DNA from: Myxococcota bacterium
Lineage (GTDB): Bacteria; Myxococcota_A; Polyangia; Polyangiales; Sandaracinaceae
Assembly: GCA_036149055.1 (NCBI GenBank)
Contig: JAYZQJ010000088.1
Span: 14,680-78,679 of the forward strand
Length of the DNA stretch: 64,000 bases
Reading direction: 5' to 3'
The notes beneath the pieces are model-generated. The model did no database searches. It worked only from the letters and a program-made list of their open reading frames with translations, and was not told the origin of the DNA. Both the position numbers and the translations under genes were made by a program. Shown one piece after another: positions 8,857 to 17,634 of the stretch (positions are counted from its first letter, which is position 1; every line of letters begins with the position of its first letter).

Positions 8857-10377
8857 CTACTCGCCGGTGCGCACGACGCGGAGGGCGCCGGCGTAGGCGA
8901 AGCGCGCGCCGCCTTCGGGGCTGACGCCCACGCGGAGCACGATCTCGCCGCGCGCGTCGGGGCGCACGTCCTCGAGGCGGGCGACGGTGCCGCGGTTGTC
9001 CGTGACCTCGAGGTCGACGAAGCGGTCCCCCACCCGGTAGCGGGTGAGGCGGCCGCGGCCGGAGTCGTCGCCGTCGCGGGAGGCGAACAGCTCGAGGCGG
9101 TAGGCGCCGTCGGGCAGGCCGCGGACGACCAGGCGCGCCTCCATCTCGAGGGCGGCCGCGTGTCCGTCGAAGGAGCCGACCCAGAGGGTGTCGCGGCTCA
9201 CGTCGCCGGGCCATCCGAGCACGTTGTCCGCGGCCCCGCCCTCCTGCGTGCCCGAGAAGCCCCAGCTCGTCACGTGCGCGCGGGTCGCGGCGCCGGACTC
9301 CGTCGCGACGTCGGGGGCGGTGAGCGCGCTGGCGGTCAGCGCCGTCCAGCCGCTCGCCGGGAGCGGGCCCACGTCGATCGCGATCGCGTCGCCGGCGGAG
9401 ACGGGCAGGAGCGGGCTGGGGCCGAGCACGCCGAAGCCCTCCTCGCCGGTCACGTCGTCGGCCGCGCGCTGGAGGGCGGCCGCGGTCGCCGCGTCCAGGC
9501 CCCGCAGGGGGACGAGGCCGTCCGCGCGTCGCCGGAACAGGGTGGAGTAGAGCACGAGCGCGTTGAGATACTGCCCCGCCGGGCCCGCGTGGTAGTCGTC
9601 GCTCCCGTGGAGCTTCGGCGGCTCGCCGCCCGCGAGCTGCAGCTCCCAGGCGTCCCCGGCGGGCGCCACCCGGATCGACAGCGGCGCGTCGCTCGCGCGG
9701 TTCGCCGGCACGTGCTCCTCGGCCGCGTAGTAGTAGTGGTAGCGGAGCTGCGCCTGCATGTCGGCCGGATCGGTGAAGGGGTCCGGATAGATCGAGTGGT
9801 TGAAGCGCCGCGCCCAGGTCTCGTAGAGCACGATCTCCGCCGCCGGGTTGGCGGTCTTCGCGAGGTCGTAGAACCAGGTCGCGTCCTCGTAGAAGCGGGC
9901 CGCGGGGCCGACGGAGTCGGTGGGCCGCACGCTGTGCTCCTGCAGCACCACCGCGTCCCAGCCCTCGGCGACGCGGGCCGGCGCGCCGGCCGGGTCGCCG
10001 TCGGCGCGGTGGCCCTCGAGGGTCTGGCCGCCGATGGCGCGGTACTCGACGTTGGGCGGCGGGAAGCCGGCGTAGATCGCGAGGTCCTCGACCAGCGTCG
10101 GCACGGGCCCGCCGAAGGTGAAGGAGTTGCCGACGAAGAAGACGCTCGCCGGCGGAGGCGGGGGCGGCGGGCCGGCGTCGCCCGGGCCGGCGTCGACGGG
10201 GCCCGCGTCGGTCGGACCCGCGTCGGTCGGGCCCGCGTCGGTCGGACCGGAATCAGCGGGGCCCGCGTCGGGGAGGCCCGCGTCGGTCTGGACGGCGCCG
10301 TCGCCGGCGTCCGCGCCCGGGATCGGGTGGGCCTCGCATCCGAGCAGGAGAAGGGTCAGCAGCAGCGCGCGCGACAT
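8857..10377 (-). CDS. Lipoprotein with SGNH/GDSL-like (DUF4886-like) domain and C-terminal beta-sandwich
   Basis: Lipobox LLGC; DAGP linker repeats; FVGNSFT, WDAVVLQE.S, LYETWAR, D.YH motifs; start overlaps kinase stop. Confidence 0.75.
   Translation of the reverse strand: MSRALLLTLLLLGCEAHPIPGADAGDGAVQTDAGLPDAGPADSGPTDAGPTDAGPTDAGPVDAGPGDAGPPPPPPPASVFFVGNSFTFGGPVPTLVEDLAIYAGFPPPNVEYRAIGGQTLEGHRADGDPAGAPARVAEGWDAVVLQEHSVRPTDSVGPAARFYEDATWFYDLAKTANPAAEIVLYETWARRFNHSIYPDPFTDPADMQAQLRYHYYYAAEEHVPANRASDAPLSIRVAPAGDAWELQLAGGEPPKLHGSDDYHAGPAGQYLNALVLYSTLFRRRADGLVPLRGLDAATAAALQRAADDVTGEEGFGVLGPSPLLPVSAGDAIAIDVGPLPASGWTALTASALTAPDVATESGAATRAHVTSWGFSGTQEGGAADNVLGWPGDVSRDTLWVGSFDGHAAALEMEARLVVRGLPDGAYRLELFASRDGDDSGRGRLTRYRVGDRFVDLEVTDNRGTVARLEDVRPDARGEIVLRVGVSPEGGARFAYAGALRVVRTGE
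10170..10290 (-). repeat. 15-bp coding tandem repeat (DAGPT/DAGPV linker)
   Basis: Repeated gcccgcgtcggtcgg-like units inside the lipoprotein gene; limits approximate. Confidence 0.7.
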
Positions 10378-12302
10378 CAGTACGGGTTGTCCCATCCCTC
10401 GGTGCCGCCGGGGAGGGTGACGTTCACGGTGGTGAGCGATCCCCACTCCACGGTCACCGTCACCGTGCGCCCCGGCTCGCGGCCGTTGGGGAGGAGGCGG
10501 AGCTGCTGGCGACCGACGGGGAGCTGCACCCGGAGCGGGGTGCGCCCGAGCTCCCGGCCGCCGTGCGTCACCGTCGCCCAGCCGCCCGACGTGCGGATCA
10601 GGACCGGCCCCTGCGAGAAGTCGAGGGTGGTCGAAGGTCGGACCGGGGCGCGCTCCTCGCCGGATGACGGCGTGGGCGTGGCGGGCGGGGGCGTCTCCCG
10701 CCTCGAGCTCGATCGGCGCGGCGCGCTCCGGCGGCTCGGCGTCGGCGCGGCCTGCGCCTCTTCCGCCGCTTCGGAGGGCTCTTCGGCCGCCGCCGCTTCG
10801 CGCTCCCCCGTGCCCTCTTGGTCCGTGCCCTCCTCGTCCGTGCCCTCCTCGCCGACGGTCTCCTCGAGGGCCTCGTGCGCGGCGCGAGCCTCGTCGCTCA
10901 CCGCCTCGTCGGGTGTGGTCTCGATGGCGACGGCGAGCTCCTCCTCGGCCTCAGGCGCGGCCTCCTGCTCGGGCGCGGCCTCCTGCTCGGGCGCGGCCTG
11001 AATGCCGAGCCACGCGTTCACCTGGGGCTGGTAGCGCCAGTAGCCGAAGGCCGCGCCGCCGGCGAGCGCGAGCAGGATCAGCGCCGTCCACACCCACTTG
11101 CCCGTGCGGGTCGGGATCACGACCGGCTCGTCGTCGCCGTCCTCGTCGAGCTTGAAGGTGTGCTGCTTCGAGGCGCTGGACGTCGTCTTGGCGAGCTTGG
11201 TCGGCGCGTCGGCGAGGGCGGCCTTGTCGTCGTCCGGCGCCCGCTCGGCCACCGACGGGAGCGGCGCGACCGCGGAGGCGTCCACGCCCTCGACCTCGCC
11301 GAGGCGCTTCAGGTCGCGCTTGCGGCGGTCGTTGAAGAGGAAGCGCATCCACTCCGCGATCTCGGCGGCCTCGAAGGCGGCGCCCGAGCGGGCGATGAAT
11401 CCGCGCAGCGCCTTGCCCATCGCGCGCGCCGACTGGAAGCGATCGTCCGGGTTTCGCTGCAGCGCCTTCTCGGCGATGTCCGCGAGCTGCTCCGGCACCC
11501 ACGCCGCCTTGGTCGTCGCGCGCGGGACCTCCTCTTCCAGCACCGCCATCGCGGTCTTGATCGCGGTGTCGCGGCGGAAGAGCTGCTGGAGCGTCAGGCA
11601 CTCCCAGAGGCACACGCCGAGCGCGAACACGTCGACCCGCGCGTCGAGATCCTCGCCCTGCAGCTGCTCGGGCGCGGCGTAGGACACCTTGCCCTTCATC
11701 ACCCCGGTGTTGGTCTGGGTGACCCGCTCGAGCGCCTTGGCGCAGCCGAAGTCGACCACCTTGGTCGCGCCGTCGTAGGTGACGAAGAGGTTCTGCGGCG
11801 AGACGTCGCGGTGCACGACCTGCAGCTTCGCGCCGTCCTGGCCGGTCAGGGTGTGGGCCGCGTGCAGCCCCTCGCAGGCGTCGGCGATCACGCGCGCGGC
11901 GATGAACGGCAGCGCCTCCTTCAGGTCCTCGTTGTCCGACTCGGCGATGGCGTTGACGAAGTCGAAGAGCGGCACCCCCGAGAGGTACTCCATCGCCATG
12001 TAGTAGATGCCGCCCACCGCGCCGAAGTCGTAGACCGAGCAGACGTTGGGGTGGCTGATGTGCGAGGCGATCTTGGCCTCGTCGAGGAACATGTCGACGA
12101 AGGTCTGCTCCTTCGCGAGGTGGCCGTGGATCGTCTTCAGGGCGACGAGCCGGTCGAGCCCCGCCGCGAGGCGCATCTTGCCGAGGTAGACGGTCGCCAT
12201 GCCGCCCGCGCCGATCTCCTTGCAGAGCGTGAAGCGCCCCATGGTGAAGGGGAGCTGCGGCCCGAGGGACTGGAGCGCGGCCTCGTCGGTGCTTGAAGCC
12301 AT
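10377..12302 (-). CDS. Membrane Ser/Thr protein kinase with PEGA-like C-terminus
   Basis: IGAGGMATVY, VALK, HRDVSPQN, DFG, GKVSYAAPE, DVFALG; TM helix; LGRTPL..LPVG PEGA-like tail. Confidence 0.95.
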   Translation of the reverse strand: MASSTDEAALQSLGPQLPFTMGRFTLCKEIGAGGMATVYLGKMRLAAGLDRLVALKTIHGHLAKEQTFVDMFLDEAKIASHISHPNVCSVYDFGAVGGIYYMAMEYLSGVPLFDFVNAIAESDNEDLKEALPFIAARVIADACEGLHAAHTLTGQDGAKLQVVHRDVSPQNLFVTYDGATKVVDFGCAKALERVTQTNTGVMKGKVSYAAPEQLQGEDLDARVDVFALGVCLWECLTLQQLFRRDTAIKTAMAVLEEEVPRATTKAAWVPEQLADIAEKALQRNPDDRFQSARAMGKALRGFIARSGAAFEAAEIAEWMRFLFNDRRKRDLKRLGEVEGVDASAVAPLPSVAERAPDDDKAALADAPTKLAKTTSSASKQHTFKLDEDGDDEPVVIPTRTGKWVWTALILLALAGGAAFGYWRYQPQVNAWLGIQAAPEQEAAPEQEAAPEAEEELAVAIETTPDEAVSDEARAAHEALEETVGEEGTDEEGTDQEGTGEREAAAAEEPSEAAEEAQAAPTPSRRSAPRRSSSRRETPPPATPTPSSGEERAPVRPSTTLDFSQGPVLIRTSGGWATVTHGGRELGRTPLRVQLPVGRQQLRLLPNGREPGRTVTVTVEWGSLTTVNVTLPGGTEGWDNPY

Positions 12303-12428
12303 CGGAAGACCTCCATGGTAGCCGGTCGGCGGGCGTGGCGTCACGCGGCGCGGCGCATCGCCCGTGTCAGTCGCCCACGGGCGTGGCGAGACGTCACGGC
12401 GGATCGGCGAGAGCGGCCGCGAACCGCC

Positions 12429-12444
12429 CGGAACGCCGGCTGCA
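12429..12444 (+). promoter_or_regulatory. Putative sigma54 promoter of kinase-like/barrel/phosphatase operon
   Basis: CGGAACGCCGGCTGCA fits GG-N10-GC; -12 C lies 14 nt before GTG 12457. Confidence 0.5.
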
Positions 12445-12456
12445 TTCCGTGCCCGC

Positions 12457-14013
12457 GTGCGCGCTCGTGGATCGCGGTTTCTGATCGTCTCGCTGCTCCT
12501 CGCAGGATGCGGGGCGGCGCTGCGTCCGTTCCCCGACGCGCCGATCGTCCGGGAGGACGACGATCGCACGCCGTTCGGCCCGCGCCCCGCCCCGCGGCGA
12601 TCGACGGCGGTGTGGGACGCGGGCGAGGGCGTGTTCTTCCGCCCGGCGCTGCGCGCGCTGTCGCTCGAGGGTGGCCGGCAGGCGGTGAACGTCAACGCGC
12701 TCGACGAGGTGCCGGACTCGAGCTGGTTCGAGGCCCGGCGCGTCCCCGCGGCGGAGATGTCACGCGGGGCCTGCGCGCCGTCCCAGCTCGCTCCGCCGCG
12801 GCCCTGGCGTGTGCTCGAGCCGAAGACCGACGGCGTGCAGCCCGGCCTGTTCATCGAGGACGCACGGGGGCGGCGCCACCTGCTCAAGACCGACGGAGCC
12901 GGGACGCCGGAGCGCTCGACCGCCGCGGACGCAGTGGGCGCGGCGCTGATGCACGCGCTCGGCTATCATGTGCCCTGCAACCAGGTCGTCTTCTTCGCGG
13001 TCGACGATCTCCGGTTCCCGCCGCGGCTGCGGGCCGAGGTCGAGGCGGTGATCGCGGCGGCCACCCCGGACGCGAGGGGGCGTCGCGCGAGCCTGAGCGC
13101 GCTGGTGGATGGCGAGCCGCTCGGGCCCTGGCGCTACGAGGGCGTCTGGCCGTCGGACCCGAACGACCGCGTGCCCCACGAGCGCCGCCGGGAGCTGCGC
13201 GCGCTGCGCTGGTTCTTCGCCTGGATGGATCACCTCGACGCGCGCGAGCACAACACGTTGATGGTCTGGCGGGGCGCCGAGCGCGGCCACGTGGAGCACC
13301 TGCTCATCGACTTCGGCGACGCGTTCGGAGCCGGCGCGCCCTCCGAGCGGCGCCGCGCACGCATGGGACGCACCTCCTGGATGGACCCGACCGCGACGGC
13401 GGAGGACGTGCTCACCCTCGGTCTGCTGCCGCGCCCCTGGTTCGTCGCGCGCGAGGCGCACCCGATCCTCGGCGACTTCGCGACCGAGCCCTTCGACCCC
13501 GACGGGTGGCGGTCGCACTACGACCCCGGGCCCTTCGCCCGCGCCGACGCCACCGACGCCGCCTGGGCGGCGCGCCGGCTCGCGACGCTGACGGACGCGC
13601 ACCTCGAGGAGGCGGTCCGCGCCGCGCGCTTCGCCGACCCGTCGACCGCCGCGCTCCTCGTGGCCGCGCTGCGGACGCGCCGTGACGCGATCCTCACCCG
13701 CCACCTGAGCGGGCGCTCTCCGCTCACCTCGCCGCGCGCCCTGGGGGACGCGCTCTGTCTCGACGACGTCGCCGTCCGCGCAGGGCTCGTCCTCGCTCGG
13801 GCCCGCGAGGACTTCGGGCGGCTCCGATTTCCCTCCTCGCGTGGCCTCGCCGTCTCCCGGACCGGCGAGCGGGTGTGCGTGCGCGGCGTGCCCACGGAGG
13901 GCTACGCCGTGGTCGACGTGCGCGTGCGCGGCGTGCCCGGGCCGGCGCGGGTGCATCTCCGCGACGGGCGGGTGGTCGGCCTCGAGCGGCCCGAGGGCGA
14001 GGCGTTCCCGTGA
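12457..14013 (+). CDS. Lipoprotein with atypical protein-kinase-like fold (uncharacterised)
   Basis: Lipobox LAGC; HLLK (beta3 Lys), E..A......LGYHVP, WMDHLDAREHN, LLIDFG motifs in kinase order. Confidence 0.65.
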   Translation: MRARGSRFLIVSLLLAGCGAALRPFPDAPIVREDDDRTPFGPRPAPRRSTAVWDAGEGVFFRPALRALSLEGGRQAVNVNALDEVPDSSWFEARRVPAAEMSRGACAPSQLAPPRPWRVLEPKTDGVQPGLFIEDARGRRHLLKTDGAGTPERSTAADAVGAALMHALGYHVPCNQVVFFAVDDLRFPPRLRAEVEAVIAAATPDARGRRASLSALVDGEPLGPWRYEGVWPSDPNDRVPHERRRELRALRWFFAWMDHLDAREHNTLMVWRGAERGHVEHLLIDFGDAFGAGAPSERRRARMGRTSWMDPTATAEDVLTLGLLPRPWFVAREAHPILGDFATEPFDPDGWRSHYDPGPFARADATDAAWAARRLATLTDAHLEEAVRAARFADPSTAALLVAALRTRRDAILTRHLSGRSPLTSPRALGDALCLDDVAVRAGLVLARAREDFGRLRFPSSRGLAVSRTGERVCVRGVPTEGYAVVDVRVRGVPGPARVHLRDGRVVGLERPEGEAFP

Positions 14014-15296
14014 GCCGCGCGCTGCCCGTCCTCGCGGTCCTGCTCTTCACCTCCTCGGCCACCTCGCCCGCCGCCGCGCAGCTGCGCACCACCCGCGAGG
14101 CGTACGACGGACGGCCGCCGCCGGACCACACCGCGGAGGACGCCGCGCTGGCGGTGCCCCGCGCCCTGCTCGCTCCGTTCTGGGGCGCGATCCGCGCCGG
14201 GCACCTGATCTCGGAGGCCATGCTCGCGCCGCTCGGCCCGCCGCCCAGCTCGATGGACGCCGCCGAGCCGGCCCCGCCGCCCTTCGAGGTGCTGCCCGTG
14301 CTGCAGCTCGAGACCGAGCGCACCCCGGCGATCGGCGCCTACGCGACCCTGCGCGCCGCGCCCTGGCTCCTGCGCGGGACCTTTCAGCACTGGGACGACC
14401 GGCGGCTGGAGGGCGCGCTCTCGATCCAGTTCGACGTGGCGCCGCGGCTCTCGGTGCTCGGCCGGGGCTTCGGCGCCTCGCGCGCCGACCGGATCTTCCA
14501 CGGCCTCGGCTGGGACGCGCCGGCCGACGCCCGATCCCGCTATCGACATCATCGCGGCGGCGGCGCGCTCGCGCTGGAGTCGAGGCCCTGGCGGGCGAGC
14601 CGGCTGCGCACTGAGCTCGCCCTCGCTCGCCACGGGTTCGAGGGCGTGGCCTGGGGCGGTGAGCCCTCGTTGACCGCGCAGCGCGCCAGCCCCGAGGGGT
14701 TCGTGCGCGGCGTCACCCTGCTCGAGGCGCGCTTCGTCGCGCGGCTCGACGATCGCGGGCCCGACGCGGCGGCGCGGCCGGGCGGCGCCATCGAGCTGGG
14801 CCTCACCCAGGGCGCCGATCTCGACGGAGGCGCGCGCTGGCTGCGGGTCGACGCCACGTCGGAGGCCACCGCGCGCCTCGCGCCGGAGCACGACCTGACC
14901 CTCGGGGGCTGGGTGACCGCGCTCGCGCCGACCGGAGGCGAGACGCCGTTCGTCGCGCTGCCCGCGCTCGGCGGCCAGCCCGGGCGTCTCGCCGGCCTCC
15001 TCGCCGGCCGGCTCCGCGGCGAGACCGCGGCCGTGCTCCATCTGCGCTACCGCTGGGGCATCTCGGAGTGGGCCGACGCCGCGCTCCACGCCGAGCTCGG
15101 CAACGTGTTCGGGCCGGCGTTCGAGGGCTTCGGGCTCGACCGTCAGCGCCTGAGCGTCTCGATGTCGATCGACACCCTCGCCGACGACGCGCACCGGGTG
15201 GGGTTGATCGTCGGCTTCGGCACCGACCCGCTCGTCCGAGGCGCGACCGTGCGCGAGGGGCGCGTCGCCTTCTTCATCGGGAGCCCGCCGTCGTGA
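14010..15296 (+). CDS. Outer-membrane beta-barrel, Omp85/BamA-TamA-like
   Basis: Signal peptide; alternating beta-strand pattern; PF..LP.LGG...RL.G...GRLRG.......YRW loop motif; GTGA overlap. Confidence 0.6.
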   Translation: MSRALPVLAVLLFTSSATSPAAAQLRTTREAYDGRPPPDHTAEDAALAVPRALLAPFWGAIRAGHLISEAMLAPLGPPPSSMDAAEPAPPPFEVLPVLQLETERTPAIGAYATLRAAPWLLRGTFQHWDDRRLEGALSIQFDVAPRLSVLGRGFGASRADRIFHGLGWDAPADARSRYRHHRGGGALALESRPWRASRLRTELALARHGFEGVAWGGEPSLTAQRASPEGFVRGVTLLEARFVARLDDRGPDAAARPGGAIELGLTQGADLDGGARWLRVDATSEATARLAPEHDLTLGGWVTALAPTGGETPFVALPALGGQPGRLAGLLAGRLRGETAAVLHLRYRWGISEWADAALHAELGNVFGPAFEGFGLDRQRLSVSMSIDTLADDAHRVGLIVGFGTDPLVRGATVREGRVAFFIGSPPS

Positions 15297-16444
15297 CCGT
15301 CCGTCGAGACGCGATCGCGGGCGTCGGCGGGATCGCGCTGGCGGCGCTCGGGCTCGCCGCCTGCCTCCCGCACCTCCACGGCGCGCGCGCGGCTCGGGCC
15401 CCGCTCGACGACGTGGCTCCGCGCTTCACGCCGTGGTGCGCGGCGAGCGAGGGAGACGCGCGCTTCTCGCGGCCGCCGCGTTTCGTCGCGCTCGCGCCCG
15501 ACGCGGCGACCCTCGCCTGGCGCGCCGACGCCGACGCCGGCTGGGTGGAGGTCTGGTCGCCCGAGCGCTTCGAGGCCCGGCGCTTCCGCGCGCGCGGCGA
15601 CGAGGCGCACCTGCGAGGGTTCGAGCCCGGGGCGCGCCTCTGCTACGCGGTCACGGTCGGGACCGCGCAGGGACCGACGGTCTCGTTCCGCACCCCGCGA
15701 CCCGACGGGCCGGTGGACGTGGTGGTCTTCGGCGACTCCGGCGGCTCGCACCCCGACCAGGCGGCGATGGCCCGCGCGCTCTCACGCCACGCGGCCGACC
15801 TCGTGCTCCACACCGGCGACATCGCCTACTACCGCGGCACCGAGGAGGCGTACGACGCGCAGTTCTTCCGCCCCTTCGCGGCCCTCACCCGGCGCGCGCT
15901 CGTCGCCGCGGTGCCCGGCAACCACGACCGCAAGGTCGACGGAGGCCGACCGTTCTTCGACACCTTCGGCCCGGTGCCCCGCAGCTTCGACTACGGCCCC
16001 CTTCACGTCGCGCTGCTCGACACGGGGGGCGACCTCGCTGCGCAGGCCGAGTGGCTCGCGCGCGACCTCGACGCGAGCGATCGCCCCTGGAAGCTCGCGG
16101 TCGGCCATCACCCGCCCTTCGCCTCCGGCGCGCACGGCTCGAGCCTCCGCGTGCGCCGCGCCTTCGCCGCGGTCCTCTCCCGCCACGGCGCGGACCTGAT
16201 GCTCTCGGGGCACGATCACCACTACGAGCGCGTCCGGCCGCAAGGCGGCGTGACCTATGTGGTCAGCGGCGGCGGCGGCCACTCCACCCGTCCGGTCGGC
16301 GAGAGCGACTTCACGGCCTTCGCCGAGTCGGTGCTCCACTTCGTGCACCTCCGCGTCGATCCCGACCGCCTCGTCCTTCGTGCAGTCGACGCCGAAGGCC
16401 ACGTCTTCGATCGGATCGTCTTGGAGGCCTCTTCGTCGCGGTAG
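15293..16444 (+). CDS. Purple acid phosphatase-like metallophosphoesterase lipoprotein
   Basis: Lipobox LAAC; FN3-like N-domain; GDSG, GDIAY, GNHD, GHHP, GHDH metal motifs; GTGA overlap. Confidence 0.9.
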   Translation: MTVRRDAIAGVGGIALAALGLAACLPHLHGARAARAPLDDVAPRFTPWCAASEGDARFSRPPRFVALAPDAATLAWRADADAGWVEVWSPERFEARRFRARGDEAHLRGFEPGARLCYAVTVGTAQGPTVSFRTPRPDGPVDVVVFGDSGGSHPDQAAMARALSRHAADLVLHTGDIAYYRGTEEAYDAQFFRPFAALTRRALVAAVPGNHDRKVDGGRPFFDTFGPVPRSFDYGPLHVALLDTGGDLAAQAEWLARDLDASDRPWKLAVGHHPPFASGAHGSSLRVRRAFAAVLSRHGADLMLSGHDHHYERVRPQGGVTYVVSGGGGHSTRPVGESDFTAFAESVLHFVHLRVDPDRLVLRAVDAEGHVFDRIVLEASSSR

Positions 16445-16463
16445 GCTCGGAAGGCGACAATTA

Positions 16464-16723
16464 CTCTCGCAAAGACGCAAAGTCGCAAAGGGGTTGGGTG
16501 GCGGCGGGGTGGAGGCTCGCCGGGCTGTGGCGGTCGCTGGGCGGGTCTGCGAGCGTCGACGTCTCGGGTTGGGGTTCTCGCAGAGGCGCAGAGTCGCAGA
16601 GGGGCGCACGCTGTGCGGGAGCGGCCGCTCGCTGGGCGTGTGCTGCGACGGTGATGGACGGGGCGGCGAGTCGCCGTCCCGTCGCCTGCTCGTCCCTTTG
16701 CGGCTTGGCGGCTTGGCGAGAGC
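16464..16723. repeat. REP-like cluster of (CGCAAAGN)x3 motifs, two direct and one inverted
   Basis: ctctcgcaaagacgcaaagtcgcaaaggg (16464), tctcgcagaggcgcagagtcgcagaggg (16576), inverted ccctttgcggcttggcggcttggcgagag (16694); 16664-16723 recurs at 54137 and 54361. Confidence 0.8.
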
Positions 16724-16750
16724 CATTTTCCACCGAAGACCGGGCGAGGG

Positions 16751-17497
16751 CTAGCTGTGGATGCGGAGGGTGGCGCGGTAGCGGCGCTGGCCGTCGGGGG
16801 CGAAGTCCTCGACGGTGATGGTGCCGTTCTGGAGATCCATGTCTACGAGGGGATCGCCATCGGCGTCGGACTGGCCGTCGTCGACCGCGCGGACCGGGCG
16901 GCCGTTCTCGAGCTCGCAGGGGACGTAGCCTGCCGTCTGGCGCTCGTTGGGATAGAGGACGGCGCCGTCGCAGACGACGCGGACGACGCAGTTGAAGGAG
17001 CCCGCCTGGACGGGGAGGACGCGGACCTGGCAGCTGTCCGCCGCGAGGTCGACGTCGCCTTCGGCGTCGATGATCTGGGCGCGGTGGGCGGTGGGCTCGA
17101 AGGGGAGGGTCGGCTCGCCGTCCTGGGCCATCGCCGAGAAGGAGCGCCACATCGCGAAGAGCTGGGGGTCGCGGGCGCGCTCTGCGACGCCCTCCTGCCA
17201 GAAGCGCGGGCCGGGCAGGTCGAGCGACATCTGGCGCTGCAAATCGGACTCCTGCCCCCAGTCGTGGTGGGTGTAGGAGCCGCCGGAGCTCGGCGTGTGA
17301 CGCGGCCGAGCGCGGTCGGAGGGGGCGCGACCGTCGCGGCGGTCCCGCGGGTCGCGGGCGTCGGCCGTCGCGGCTCGCTCGCTCGCGCGGCGCGCGGAGG
17401 CGCCATCCAGGATGGCCCAGGCCGTGACCCCGGCGCCGGTCAGGAAGACGGCGGCGAAGAGCCAGAGGCTCGGTCGGATCCCGGTACGCTCGTTCAT
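16751..17497 (-). CDS. Hypothetical membrane-anchored protein with Cys-containing C-domain
   Basis: N-terminal TM; CQVRV, NCVVRVVC, GYVPC..., DGDP motifs. Confidence 0.7.
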   Translation of the reverse strand: MNERTGIRPSLWLFAAVFLTGAGVTAWAILDGASARRASERAATADARDPRDRRDGRAPSDRARPRHTPSSGGSYTHHDWGQESDLQRQMSLDLPGPRFWQEGVAERARDPQLFAMWRSFSAMAQDGEPTLPFEPTAHRAQIIDAEGDVDLAADSCQVRVLPVQAGSFNCVVRVVCDGAVLYPNERQTAGYVPCELENGRPVRAVDDGQSDADGDPLVDMDLQNGTITVEDFAPDGQRRYRATLRIHS

Positions 17498-17634
17498 CGG
17501 CGGTCCCGTGTCGAACGCACCATGGAGCCGAAGCATTTCCGCGCAACCTGGGTCACTGCCCGGTGTGGACGCGCGAGCCGCGGGAAAGTTCCCGCGTCTT
17601 GCCTTCGGCGGGGGCAGACGATATTCGCGGGGAC

